Notes under the pieces: generated by a model
Told to the model about the DNA's origin: nothing
Database searches by the model: none
What the model saw: the letters and a program-made list of their open reading frames with translations, nothing else
Program-made: the position numbers and the translations under genes
Assembly (NCBI GenBank): GCA_030152605.1
Contig: JASLJB010000101.1
Location: 1 to 44,029, forward strand
Length of the DNA stretch: 44,029 bases
Source: Acinetobacter sp.
GTDB taxonomy: Bacteria > Pseudomonadota > Gammaproteobacteria > Pseudomonadales > Moraxellaceae
Direction of reading: 5' to 3'
Shown: piece by piece, positions 1-10,126 of the stretch
Position numbering within the stretch: position 1 is the stretch's first letter
How the letters are laid out: every line of letters starts with the position of its first letter

Positions 1-32
1 AACAGCGAGTGCGTTGCTGTCTTTATACCGCA

Positions 33-743
33 TTAACCTTTGATTGACTCATTTCGATCTAGGGCAAAATCAACCGCTGCTTTTGCATGGATGGTTGTGG
101 TATCAAACAGGGGCACAGAAAATTGAACATCTCCGATGAGCATGCAAATCTCGGTACAGCCGAGGATGATGCCTTGCGCGCCGGCTGCGATTAAACCCTC
201 CACGATCTGGATGTATTTCTGCCGCGATGCCGGGTCAATCACCCCCACGCATAACTCCTCATAAATAATCTGATGCACCGTGTCTCGATCTTGTTGATCG
301 GGAATCAAAACATCAATACCTTGTTGTATAAGTTGATTTTTATAAAATTCGTGCTCCATGGTAAAAGCTGTACCGAGTAATCCGACTTGGTGAATATTGT
401 GATTTAGGATTTCTTGGGCGGTGGCATGCACGATATGAATCAAGGGAATTGAAATCGATGCCGCGATTTGATCGGCGATGATATGCATGGTATTTGTGCA
501 AAGTAATACGCAATCGGCACCTGCTTGTTCGAGTTTGACCGCTTGCTCACTTAAATAGGTACCGGCTTGTTCCCATAAGCCGAGTTGTTGTAATGCCGCG
601 ATCTCTGAAAAATCAATACTCAGCAAAATCACTTTGGCGGAGTGCAGTTTGCCCAGTTGTGTCTGAATCATCTTATTGATGTGCTGATAATATAAGTCTG
701 TCGACTCCCAACTCATACCGCCTAATAAACCAATCGTTTTCAT
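33..743 (-). CDS. Aspartate/glutamate racemase family protein (YgeA/RacX-like)
   Basis: N-terminal IGLLGGMSWEST, CTNTMH and GCTE catalytic-type motifs of PLP-independent amino-acid racemases; 236 aa. Confidence 0.92.
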   Translation of the reverse strand: MKTIGLLGGMSWESTDLYYQHINKMIQTQLGKLHSAKVILLSIDFSEIAALQQLGLWEQAGTYLSEQAVKLEQAGADCVLLCTNTMHIIADQIAASISIPLIHIVHATAQEILNHNIHQVGLLGTAFTMEHEFYKNQLIQQGIDVLIPDQQDRDTVHQIIYEELCVGVIDPASRQKYIQIVEGLIAAGAQGIILGCTEICMLIGDVQFSVPLFDTTTIHAKAAVDFALDRNESIKG

Positions 744-951
744 GGCAGATACCTATTTATTTAATGATTAAAATAAAGTCATTTATTGGTGGTTTTACTA
801 CAGAAAATTTAGAATAAAAATCCGCCATATTCAAGCGATTTGCTGTGCTGAGAGTGAGCTGAGCAGGTGAAGACTTGCCGAGTGGGGTTGAGATTAGATC
901 TGATTTTATATAGATACCAATCCATATTGGGCCTACTGACTTAAATTATTT

Positions 952-973
952 AAATGTGATTGTAATCACTATT
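952..973. promoter_or_regulatory. Candidate CRP/Vfr-type binding site upstream of vgrG
   Basis: AAATGTGATTGTAATCACTATT matches TGTGA-N6-TCACA with one core mismatch and sits in a longer imperfect inverted repeat (948-978), in the divergent racemase/vgrG intergenic region. Confidence 0.55.
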
Positions 974-1089
974 TAAATTTAAAGTGTGAAAAAACTAGGC
1001 GAAAATAAAAATTAGTGTAATATGAATAAAGTTTAAAAAATGCTCAACTTGTCTGAATTGATACTCTAAAATGAATCGGTTTATAAAAA

Positions 1090-4000
1090 ATGCTTAATAA
1101 TATTCAAAGTGCATTAGAAAGCCTAGGTCTTAGTGCGCAAAAACGTGCCATTCACGTTCAGTTTTCCAATACAGCTTTAAATGCGCAATTATTCTTGCAG
1201 CGTATTGATGGGGAACATGCTTTAAACAAGGGTTTAACGGCGGAACTGATCTGCCTATCGACCGATGCAACGATTCCACTCAAACAGTTTATCGGCAGCC
1301 AAGTAGCGGTGGACACGGTGACAGATCGTGGAACACTCGTACGTACTACGGGACTGATCAGCCATGCTGCAGTGGGGGAGTCGGATGGTTCCCTCACACT
1401 CTATAAACTTACACTTGAAGATCCGACTGTGCTCTGGAAATACCGACGTAACAGTCGAGTATTTATGGCCAAATCTGCAATCGACGTGATTGAAAGTATA
1501 TTCAGAGAGTGGCAGCAACGCAGTGCTTTATTTGCCGCTAGCCTCAGTCTAGATTTGAGTGGACTGCAAAAGGACTATGATGTACGTCCTTTTATCATGC
1601 AATCTGCTGAAACAGACTATGACTTTTTAACCCGACTGATGCGTCAGGAGGGGATCAGTTGGTTGGTCGATGAAGCTCAACTGACAGTGAGCAATTCTTC
1701 AGACCCGATTCAGCCACAAAAGCTACGTTTGGTTGATGATAATAGCCAATACCAAGCGCTCGATCGGCGTCATATTGGTTTTCACCGCAGTAGTGCCACG
1801 GAACAGCAAGACAGTATTACTGGATTTATTGGCCAGCGTAGTCTGCAACCGACTGTGGTACATGTACAACGTTGGCAGGCCGATGCACTCGAGCAAGAAG
1901 ACGGTGCTGGTTCAGTCCTGAGTAAGCATAAACATAGTGACAACTATGACAATGCCAGTCTAGGCCTAGAAAATTCATGGCATTTTAGTCCTGCATGGAT
2001 GCAGGACTTAAACGGTGAAGATGGGGCAACGGCATCAGGCAACAGTCAGATCGAAAAGCTCAATCAAAACTTATCCAATTATTATGATGCGCAGGCCAAG
2101 CAATTTGTCGCCAACTCGACGGTACGTGATGCGCATGTCGGCTATTGGTTTGAACTGAATGAACATCCTGAGATCGACCAGCACAGTGGTGCAGACAAAG
2201 AGTTTTTAATTACTTCGAAGTCTTTTTATAACCAAAATAACTTACCTAAAGATCTGCAAGTTCAAGTACAAAACTTACTGGATCAGAGTCAATGGCAGAC
2301 CAAAGCGATCCAAAACAATGAAGAACGCCAAGCCAATTCCTTGAGCCTACAACGACGTAATATCGCCGTTGTTCCAGAGTTTAATCCGCTACAACATCGC
2401 CCTGCTGCATATCCGCAACGGGCCAAAGTGGTGGGTCCCAGTGGTGAAAGCATTCACGTCGATGCTTGGGGCCGAATTAAAGTCAGATTTATGTTCACCC
2501 GACCCGATGATCATGAGCATGATGGTGGTGCGGGCTCAAACGACAATGATACGGACTCGGCTTGGGTGGATGTACTGACACCTTGGGCGGGTGAAGGCTA
2601 TGGCGCGCGCTTCTTGCCACGAATTGGCGAGATCGTGGTGATTGACTTCTTTGATGGCAATATCGACCGGCCTTTTGTGCTTGGACGCCTGCATGAAGGG
2701 CAACGTGCACCGACGCAATTCGATAGCAAAGGTCAACTACCAGACACCAAACGCTTAAGTGGTATTCGCTCCAAAGAGGTGGGCGGTGGTGGTTTTGGTC
2801 AACTGCGTTTTGATGATACGACGGGACAGATCAGTAGCCAGTTGCAGAGTAGTCATGGCGCCACCCAGCTCAATCTTGGCAATCTCAGTCACCCCAAAGA
2901 TAGCGACACCAGTGAAGGGCGCGGTGAAGGCTTTGAACTCAGGACCGATCAGTGGGGGGCGGTGCGTGGCGCGCAGGGCCTATTACTTACGACTTACAAA
3001 CAAGGAATGGCCAAAGGTGACCACCTCGATGCAGAGGATGCTAAAAAACAACTTGAGACCAGTCATAAAAATACCAAAGCCTTGAGTGATGTGGCTAAGA
3101 ATCAGCAAAGTGATGAAATTGAATCTATAGAGCAACTTAAAATTTTGGCTGAAACGATTGAGGTCGAGTTAGCAAATTTTAAATCGGCTTTATTATTACT
3201 GAGTTCGCCTGAAAGTATCGCATTGAGCACGCCTGAGCATATTTATCAGTCTGCAGATGGGGTAATCAATCATTTGGCTGGCGATAATATTCACTTAAGT
3301 AGCCAAAAGAGTTTGATTGCACAAGCTTTGTCTAAGGTAAGCCTGTTTGCTGCACAACTGGGTGTGAGTGTGATCGCAGCTAAGGGTAAAGTTGAAGTGC
3401 AAGCCCAAGATGATGCGCTGGATTTGTTGGCCAAAGCGGGCATTACTATTGCCTCGACAGAAGATAAAATTGAAATTAGCAGTCCGAAAGAGATCGTGAT
3501 TAAAGGCGGTGTATCACAAATTAAACTGGACAATTCAGGTATCTTTCCGCAAACCAATGGAAAATTTGAGGTCAAAGCAGGTCAGCACTCATTTAATCCA
3601 GGCGCGAGTGCTGCAGCACCAAATAAGTTAGCTAAACCTAAACCGATGAAAGGGGCATTAGAACTGCTGCGTAGTTATGGCGGTGAGGACTTCTTTGAAA
3701 AAAATGCATTTAAAGTTATCGATGTACTCGGTAAAGAGATTCAGGGCAAACTCGATGGCAATGGTTTTGCACAAATTACAGGAATTGCACCGGGACCTGC
3801 AGTCGTTGAATTCGAAAAAGATGAAAGAAGTGCCTGGGATCAATCTAGTGATTTTAAACGTGACTATGATTGGGCTGAAGGCGGTATTTTAAAAACCTCG
3901 GCATCGGGAGTAGGCAAAGGTCTATTGGATGCCTTTGGAAAAAATATGATGTCGCAATTAAAGGGCAATTTATTTTCTTTAAATGGCAGCAATCTTAAGG

Positions 4001-4572
4001 ATATGGGCAAAAATGCTTTGAAAAATGCGACAGGTGAAAGCATAGGGCAGCTTAAACAGCAATTCAGTAGCAATCTATTAGGTGCTGTTTCGAATCAACT
4101 TAATATAGATTTATCACCGGATCAGTTAAGCAATCTTGGTCAAAAAGTGCAGCAATCAGCCCATAGCGTACAGGCGATCCAAGAACAAGGTTTAGACTTC
4201 TTCAAAGATCAAGCTTCGGCTATGTTGCAACAAGGGCAAGGGTTTAACCCTCAGCTATCGGCATCGAAGTCAGATGACATTGTCATTGTGGATGACTATT
4301 TTGAGCGCCAAGACATTTATAATAGTCAAAATTTAACCATTACAGAAACCACGCGGAAAGTGCGAGTTCAGGACGTATCTGAGCCACAAAGTGCGTTAAA
4401 AAGTCCGGTTAAAAGTCAGCCCTCTAACGTGAAGATTCCGAAGAGTAAGACGCCGCAGCCCACATCAGTAGTACCTGAAGATGTCACGATTGTTTACGAA
4501 CGATTCGAGCGGCAAGATATTTACAACAGTCAAAACTTAACCATAACTGAAACGACAAAAAAGAATACATAG
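1090..4572 (+). CDS. vgrG: Type VI secretion spike protein VgrG with DUF2345, transthyretin-like domain and C-terminal extension
   Basis: gp27-like region (QSAETDYDFLTRLMRQEGI), gp5 OB-fold motifs (DAWGRIKVRF, FLPRIGEIVVIDFFDGNIDRP), GEGFELRTD, DUF2345-like repeats (SLFAAQ..AAKGKVEVQAQ) and GKLDGNG TTR-like segment. Confidence 0.97.
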   Translation: MLNNIQSALESLGLSAQKRAIHVQFSNTALNAQLFLQRIDGEHALNKGLTAELICLSTDATIPLKQFIGSQVAVDTVTDRGTLVRTTGLISHAAVGESDGSLTLYKLTLEDPTVLWKYRRNSRVFMAKSAIDVIESIFREWQQRSALFAASLSLDLSGLQKDYDVRPFIMQSAETDYDFLTRLMRQEGISWLVDEAQLTVSNSSDPIQPQKLRLVDDNSQYQALDRRHIGFHRSSATEQQDSITGFIGQRSLQPTVVHVQRWQADALEQEDGAGSVLSKHKHSDNYDNASLGLENSWHFSPAWMQDLNGEDGATASGNSQIEKLNQNLSNYYDAQAKQFVANSTVRDAHVGYWFELNEHPEIDQHSGADKEFLITSKSFYNQNNLPKDLQVQVQNLLDQSQWQTKAIQNNEERQANSLSLQRRNIAVVPEFNPLQHRPAAYPQRAKVVGPSGESIHVDAWGRIKVRFMFTRPDDHEHDGGAGSNDNDTDSAWVDVLTPWAGEGYGARFLPRIGEIVVIDFFDGNIDRPFVLGRLHEGQRAPTQFDSKGQLPDTKRLSGIRSKEVGGGGFGQLRFDDTTGQISSQLQSSHGATQLNLGNLSHPKDSDTSEGRGEGFELRTDQWGAVRGAQGLLLTTYKQGMAKGDHLDAEDAKKQLETSHKNTKALSDVAKNQQSDEIESIEQLKILAETIEVELANFKSALLLLSSPESIALSTPEHIYQSADGVINHLAGDNIHLSSQKSLIAQALSKVSLFAAQLGVSVIAAKGKVEVQAQDDALDLLAKAGITIASTEDKIEISSPKEIVIKGGVSQIKLDNSGIFPQTNGKFEVKAGQHSFNPGASAAAPNKLAKPKPMKGALELLRSYGGEDFFEKNAFKVIDVLGKEIQGKLDGNGFAQITGIAPGPAVVEFEKDERSAWDQSSDFKRDYDWAEGGILKTSASGVGKGLLDAFGKNMMSQLKGNLFSLNGSNLKDMGKNALKNATGESIGQLKQQFSSNLLGAVSNQLNIDLSPDQLSNLGQKVQQSAHSVQAIQEQGLDFFKDQASAMLQQGQGFNPQLSASKSDDIVIVDDYFERQDIYNSQNLTITETTRKVRVQDVSEPQSALKSPVKSQPSNVKIPKSKTPQPTSVVPEDVTIVYERFERQDIYNSQNLTITETTKKNT
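4300..4557 (+). repeat. Two copies of the 18-aa motif FERQDIYNSQNLTITETT in the VgrG tail (4300-4353 and 4504-4557)
   Basis: Identical peptides encoded with 10 synonymous codon differences out of 18 codons; separated by a Pro/Lys/Ser-rich linker. Confidence 0.95.
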
Positions 4573-4688
4573 ATGAGCCGCATTTAGTCTGACTCGTCTG
4601 AAGTCATCTATTGTGGATTTGAATTTAAACTGTGCTGATCCTTAAGGTTTTAGAGGCAGCATAAGATAAACAAAGGTTTGATATATTC

Positions 4689-7600
4689 ATGAGTAGCGAA
4701 GACCAAAAACAAGATGCACCAGTCGTTGAACTTGCGATATTTAACTTAGAAAGCACGACGCAGTTGACTGATCTGCAGTTGATCGCGCATCAAGTACAAC
4801 GCTATTTACAATCCTGCGGTAATACCAGTCTGCAACAGGTGCAAGCGAATGCGACCGTGCCGATGGTGGCCAATATTTATGCCTTGACCGGTAGTGTCTT
4901 GGACTTAATGCTGTATGCCACGCAACCGATGCAAGGAGATGCAGCGGTTCAACAGGGCGCGATGTTGGCTGCAAATCTGATCGGACTGTTTCTAAGTCCG
5001 CAGAGTGAAGCGCATGCGCGTATTGCTCTCAGACCAATGTTCGGCATCATGGCGGGATGCTTGTATAAAGATGGCGGTAAGATCACCGAAGGCGATCTTA
5101 AACGTTTAGAGTCTCATTTAAATGCGCATATTGCCGGTGATCTCGAACTATTCCTAGGTGAAACTGGGATTAAACTTGGTGGGCTTTTATCTAGCGCTAC
5201 TATGCTAGGCACGACTATCTTAACTGGAATCGCCAGCTCAGGTCTGGGTGGGGCACTCGGAGCCATTGGCGCAGGGGGAGCCTCTGCAGATAAACGTGAT
5301 CCTAATGAAAAATTTAGCAATTGGGCCAGTCCATTAATCGAGTTGGTGGCAGCACCAAGCGCTGCAGATCTTTCAGCCAAGATCGATGTGGATGGGCTGA
5401 GTTATTTACAACAAAAAGCCAAGATTGCATTGGATACTTTAGGCAGTGTGTTATCACAACAAGCCAATGCAGGACAAAAATATACTTTGGCTTGGTTGTT
5501 AAAACAGACTGCTGATGCACTCAAAGATCCTCAATATAAAGGCAATGCCAGTGTACCGATCAACCAAAGTGGTGAATATGAACGGCATACCAAGGGCGAT
5601 ACTTACGAGTTTGTCAGTTTACAAGCCAATGCATTAAATAATCCGCCTTGTCCTGATGGAACAGGTCAGGATATTAGCTATGCGATTGGTACAGAACGCG
5701 TTAATCATATGGACTTTTATCTGCCCAAACTGGGTTTTGCCTTTAACCGCCTGTATAGCTCACAGTTGGGTGAGCTAGATGATAGTGCGATCGGCGCGCG
5801 TTGGATGATGCCCTTTTCAAATCAGTTCATCGCTCAAGACAACGGTTTTATTTTAATTGATGGCAAAGGGCGTAAGCACCGTCTACCGCAGAGTATCCTA
5901 AGCGAATCTTATCAAGTGCCTTTTGAAGGGATTCAAATTAGCCCAGCTGAAGACGACCACATCGTGGTGGACTTTGGTGGGGATTGGTCTTTTTATTTTA
6001 GAAGCTTTGATGCGGGGCAGCATTATCATTTGGTATTGCAGCACAATGCTCAAACGGATGAAAAGGTTGAGTTGAATTATTTGTTGGTACAACAGCGTGC
6101 ATTTTTACAGTCTGTGGACTTTAAATTAAAATCTGCCACACAACGGCTTAAGTTTGCCTATAACCCGCAAGTCCAAATCATCGCGATCTTTGTGGATGAA
6201 GAAGCTGAACCATTGGCACGCTATGACTATGATAGCCAAGGCAATCTGATTCAAGCTTATGATCAACATGGGCATCAGCGCAGTTATGAATATAATCAGG
6301 CGCATCAACTGACACGTTATACCGATCGCACCGGGCGTGGTCAAAACGTGCGTTATGAATCTACAGCTGTGAATGCCAAAGCCATCGAAGAATGGGCTGA
6401 TGATGGCAGTTTCCGCACCCGTTTAAAATGGCATGATCGCATCCGTCAGGTGGCGGTCTATAACGCCGATGATGTGCCGACCTATTATTATTTTGATCAG
6501 GATGGCTTTACTTATCGCACCCGTTTGGCCGATGGTCGAGAGGAATGGTATTCACGCGATCAACAAAAACGCATTACCCGACATATTGATTTCTTTGGCC
6601 TTGAAACCCAGCAGGAATATAACCAAGCGGGGCAGTTGAGTAAAGTTATTCAACCCAATGGTGGGGTGATTCGCTTTGCCTATGATGACAAAGGTCAGTT
6701 GCTCGAAACCAAAGATCCAGAAGGCAATATCTGGAAGCAAGAGTATGATGCCAAGGGGCAGGTGATTAAACAGATTGATCCTTTAAATCGCATCACGCAG
6801 TTTAAATACAATGCGGATGGCCAAGTGGTCGAAGTGAAAGACGCTAAAGGCGGTGTAAAAAAGATTCAATATAACGATCTTGGGCAAATGAGCTGTTTTA
6901 GTGATTGCTCTGGGAAGACGTCCACATGGGAATATGACGTTAATGGTCAATTGATCTCAGAAACCTCGGCAGAGGGGCAAACCGTCCAATATCAATATAG
7001 CAGCGCAGGTCAAGATAAAGGTCAACTCAAGGCGGTGATTTATCCTGATGGTTTAAAAGAAACCTTTGAACGTGATCAAGAAGGGCGTTTACTGAAACAC
7101 TTTGATACCCAAGGCAAGCTGACGCAGTATATTTATAATCCAGTTGGGCTATTACAGCAGCGGATCGATGCCAATCAGCATCAGATCAGTTATCAATGGG
7201 ATCGTGCGGGCCGTCTAAGTAAGTTGCTCAATCAAAATCATGCGGAATATATATTTGACTATAACCAATATGGTCAGTTAATCCGTGAAAAAGCCTTTGA
7301 CGGTGAAGAAAAGCATTTTAAATATTCTGAACTGGGATTGTTGGCAGAGCTACAGCAACCGAATATTAAAACAGGATTTGCGTATTATGCCGATGGACAG
7401 GTGGCCTCTAAGCAGTTTATAGATCTACATACAGGACGCACACAGGCGCAGCAATTTGCCTATAACTTAAATGGTCAGCTGAGTATGGCGGCGAATGAAC
7501 ACAGCCAAAATCAGTATTATTATAACAAGGTCGGTCAGTTGGCCTTTGAGCATCAACATTATAAATTAGCTGACCTAGAGCCGATGACTGCAGTGCTACG

Positions 7601-9716
7601 TTATGAATACGATGAGCTCGGCAATCTCAGTAAAACCATCCGTCCCGATGGACAGGAACAGGCCATACTCAGTTATGGCTCAGGGCATATATATGGCGTG
7701 GCCTTTAATCAACAGGACATGGTGGGCTTTCAACGCGATGACTTACATCGTGAAACCGCACGCTTCCTCGCCAATGGCCTGATTCAATCCAGTGTATATA
7801 ACGACGTGGGGTTACTCTCATCACAGAGAATCTATGCTGAAGATGAGTCCAATCCACAGCAATTCCAAGCACAGCGCAGTTATCTCTACGACAAGAATTA
7901 TTTACTCAGCCAAGTCAAAGATAGTCGTTTAGGTCAGATTGACTATAGTTATGATCCGATTGGACGCTTAGTCAAAACCCAAGCTCAGCATCTCAAAGAA
8001 AGTTTTGCATTTGATCCTGCAGGTAATTTGGTTGATCCGAATAGCGGTGAAAGTCAGATTAAAAACAACCTGATCAAAAACTACCAAGGCGCGCAGTATC
8101 GTTACGATGCTCAAGGCAATGTGATTGAGAAAAACCACGCAGAGCAACGTTTAAAATTAGACTGGGATAATCTAAATCGGCTTGAACGCAGTGAGTTAAA
8201 TGGTCAAAGCACAGAATATGGCTATGACGTTTTTGGACGACGTTTATTTAAAAAGTCAGCTGATAGTGGGCTGACTGTATTTGGTTGGGACGGTGACCTG
8301 ATGATTTGGGAATCTTCCAAAAGCCAAGATGAGATCCAGTCTTATACTAAGCATTATGTTTACGAGCCGAATAGCTTTGTGCCGCTGTTGCAAACTGGCT
8401 ACTCAGGCTTTATCAAACTGATCGAGACCCCGGACTATAGCCAATTTAAAGAGCAGCCCTATTCCATAAAACAAGACCCACTATGGAAAACCGATACTCG
8501 CTACAAACGCGCTGAAATCGAACGTGCGGTATTTTATCACTGTGACCAAGTCGGAACACCGCAAGCCCTCAGTAATGAGGCGGGTGAACTGGTCTGGGAT
8601 GGACGTTTTAATACCTGGGGTGAGGCTTTAGAGATTAAGGCCAGTGACAACTTACTCGAACAAACCAATATCCGATTCCAAGGGCAATATTATGATCAAG
8701 AAACAGGGCTGCATTATAACCGCTACCGATATTATGAACCGCATAGTGCGCGGTATGTCGGCAAAGACCCGATTGGATTAAGTGGTGGATTTAATACGTC
8801 TACTTATGTAAGTGATCCGAATGCGTGGGTGGATCCGATGGGGTTGCAACAGGAAAAAGATGATAATGGACTGTTTTGGCTAAGTTCTACTGCGAATAAA
8901 ATAAATGAAAATAGTATTAAAAAAATGGAAAATATGGGTAAACAGAACCAGAGTACAAAGTCTAATTATGAAAACCTAATGTCTGGAGAGGGAGCGAGTA
9001 TTCCACAAATGAAAGCCGTGACTCCTCCACCTACGGTACCTAGAATAGATTTTGCTCCACCTCGAAATGTTCCGGCTTCCTCTCCCAGTTTGCTTGCAAC
9101 ATTATTGCCTACAAGAGCTGGCAGTTTTTTAAAGAATCAATCTGATCGAGATGTAGCAGCATGGCAAGCAGAAGCAAGAAAAACTACTATTGGAGCAACG
9201 GCTGTAGCAGGATATGGTACTTTTGCTACAGCAGCAGTTGTTGAAGGTGGAATAGTAGCGGCTCCAGTAGTTGGTCGAGCTGGCTCAGTAGTGGGACAGA
9301 AAGTAGCACCATATATCGGTACTGGGGCTAGATTGCCAGGAGCTGGATTATCTGCTCAAACGGTGCGAAAGGCTGCAGTAACGAGTGCAACTTTTGGTGG
9401 AGGTTTAGATGCTGTTTTACAAGGTTTTAGTTGTGGTTGTATCAATGATATTAATTGGATGAGAGTCGGAGGTGTCGCAACAACTAGTGCATTGACTTCA
9501 GGTTGGGGCGCGACAACATCAGCAGCAGGAAATTTTGGTCAAGTTGGATGGGGGAGCATAATTAAAAACTCACCTAATATTGGTAAGTTTGTTAAAAATA
9601 ATGGTTCTGGATTATTAATATGGACTAATGAACAAGTCATAGGACAAACTGGTTCTTTAGCAGTCAAATCAGCGGCTGAGAAAAAATCAGAGAAAGAAAA
9701 TTCTGTAAAAAAATAG
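4689..9716 (+). CDS. Rhs-family T6SS effector (helical N-terminal domain, DUF6531-like region, YD repeats, Rhs core, variable C-terminal domain)
   Basis: Many YD repeats; RFQGQYYDQETGLHYNRYRYY and DPIGL..DPMGL autoproteolysis motifs; no PAAR motif recognised; directly downstream of vgrG; C-terminal domain 8847-9716 (289 aa). Confidence 0.97.
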   Translation: MSSEDQKQDAPVVELAIFNLESTTQLTDLQLIAHQVQRYLQSCGNTSLQQVQANATVPMVANIYALTGSVLDLMLYATQPMQGDAAVQQGAMLAANLIGLFLSPQSEAHARIALRPMFGIMAGCLYKDGGKITEGDLKRLESHLNAHIAGDLELFLGETGIKLGGLLSSATMLGTTILTGIASSGLGGALGAIGAGGASADKRDPNEKFSNWASPLIELVAAPSAADLSAKIDVDGLSYLQQKAKIALDTLGSVLSQQANAGQKYTLAWLLKQTADALKDPQYKGNASVPINQSGEYERHTKGDTYEFVSLQANALNNPPCPDGTGQDISYAIGTERVNHMDFYLPKLGFAFNRLYSSQLGELDDSAIGARWMMPFSNQFIAQDNGFILIDGKGRKHRLPQSILSESYQVPFEGIQISPAEDDHIVVDFGGDWSFYFRSFDAGQHYHLVLQHNAQTDEKVELNYLLVQQRAFLQSVDFKLKSATQRLKFAYNPQVQIIAIFVDEEAEPLARYDYDSQGNLIQAYDQHGHQRSYEYNQAHQLTRYTDRTGRGQNVRYESTAVNAKAIEEWADDGSFRTRLKWHDRIRQVAVYNADDVPTYYYFDQDGFTYRTRLADGREEWYSRDQQKRITRHIDFFGLETQQEYNQAGQLSKVIQPNGGVIRFAYDDKGQLLETKDPEGNIWKQEYDAKGQVIKQIDPLNRITQFKYNADGQVVEVKDAKGGVKKIQYNDLGQMSCFSDCSGKTSTWEYDVNGQLISETSAEGQTVQYQYSSAGQDKGQLKAVIYPDGLKETFERDQEGRLLKHFDTQGKLTQYIYNPVGLLQQRIDANQHQISYQWDRAGRLSKLLNQNHAEYIFDYNQYGQLIREKAFDGEEKHFKYSELGLLAELQQPNIKTGFAYYADGQVASKQFIDLHTGRTQAQQFAYNLNGQLSMAANEHSQNQYYYNKVGQLAFEHQHYKLADLEPMTAVLRYEYDELGNLSKTIRPDGQEQAILSYGSGHIYGVAFNQQDMVGFQRDDLHRETARFLANGLIQSSVYNDVGLLSSQRIYAEDESNPQQFQAQRSYLYDKNYLLSQVKDSRLGQIDYSYDPIGRLVKTQAQHLKESFAFDPAGNLVDPNSGESQIKNNLIKNYQGAQYRYDAQGNVIEKNHAEQRLKLDWDNLNRLERSELNGQSTEYGYDVFGRRLFKKSADSGLTVFGWDGDLMIWESSKSQDEIQSYTKHYVYEPNSFVPLLQTGYSGFIKLIETPDYSQFKEQPYSIKQDPLWKTDTRYKRAEIERAVFYHCDQVGTPQALSNEAGELVWDGRFNTWGEALEIKASDNLLEQTNIRFQGQYYDQETGLHYNRYRYYEPHSARYVGKDPIGLSGGFNTSTYVSDPNAWVDPMGLQQEKDDNGLFWLSSTANKINENSIKKMENMGKQNQSTKSNYENLMSGEGASIPQMKAVTPPPTVPRIDFAPPRNVPASSPSLLATLLPTRAGSFLKNQSDRDVAAWQAEARKTTIGATAVAGYGTFATAAVVEGGIVAAPVVGRAGSVVGQKVAPYIGTGARLPGAGLSAQTVRKAAVTSATFGGGLDAVLQGFSCGCINDINWMRVGGVATTSALTSGWGATTSAAGNFGQVGWGSIIKNSPNIGKFVKNNGSGLLIWTNEQVIGQTGSLAVKSAAEKKSEKENSVKK

Positions 9717-9726
9717 AGAGAAAAAT

Positions 9727-9987
9727 ATGTTTACTATTCTGGTTGAAATAGTTATGAGTGTATTTATCGCCAATTTCAAAGTAAAAGATCATCCAGTATT
9801 GTCAGCTTTGATTCGTGGTTTATTAGTTGCTATTGTTCTTTTTTTTCTTATAATAATTTCTGATATTCGTCAAGGTGGAGAAAGTTCAATTTATCTTGCA
9901 TTGTTGGTTAGCTTGGTAGCTGGAGTAGTATTAAGTGCTATCGTATTTTTAATTGAATTTATTTTTGATTTTTTCGAGAAAAAATAA
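9727..9987 (+). CDS. Putative membrane immunity protein for the main Rhs C-terminal domain
   Basis: 86 aa, two long hydrophobic segments, AT-rich, starts 10 nt after the Rhs stop. Confidence 0.7.
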   Translation: MFTILVEIVMSVFIANFKVKDHPVLSALIRGLLVAIVLFFLIIISDIRQGGESSIYLALLVSLVAGVVLSAIVFLIEFIFDFFEKK

Positions 9988-10126
9988 AACACTTGTTTTC
10001 TCAACCATGAATATTATAATTTCTATAGATGATTAATATTTTAAAGATTAAAGTTTGACACTATCTAGTTCATTATTAATGGTCATATATTCTTTACTTT
10101 ATATTGCAAATAATGCATCTTGTGGG

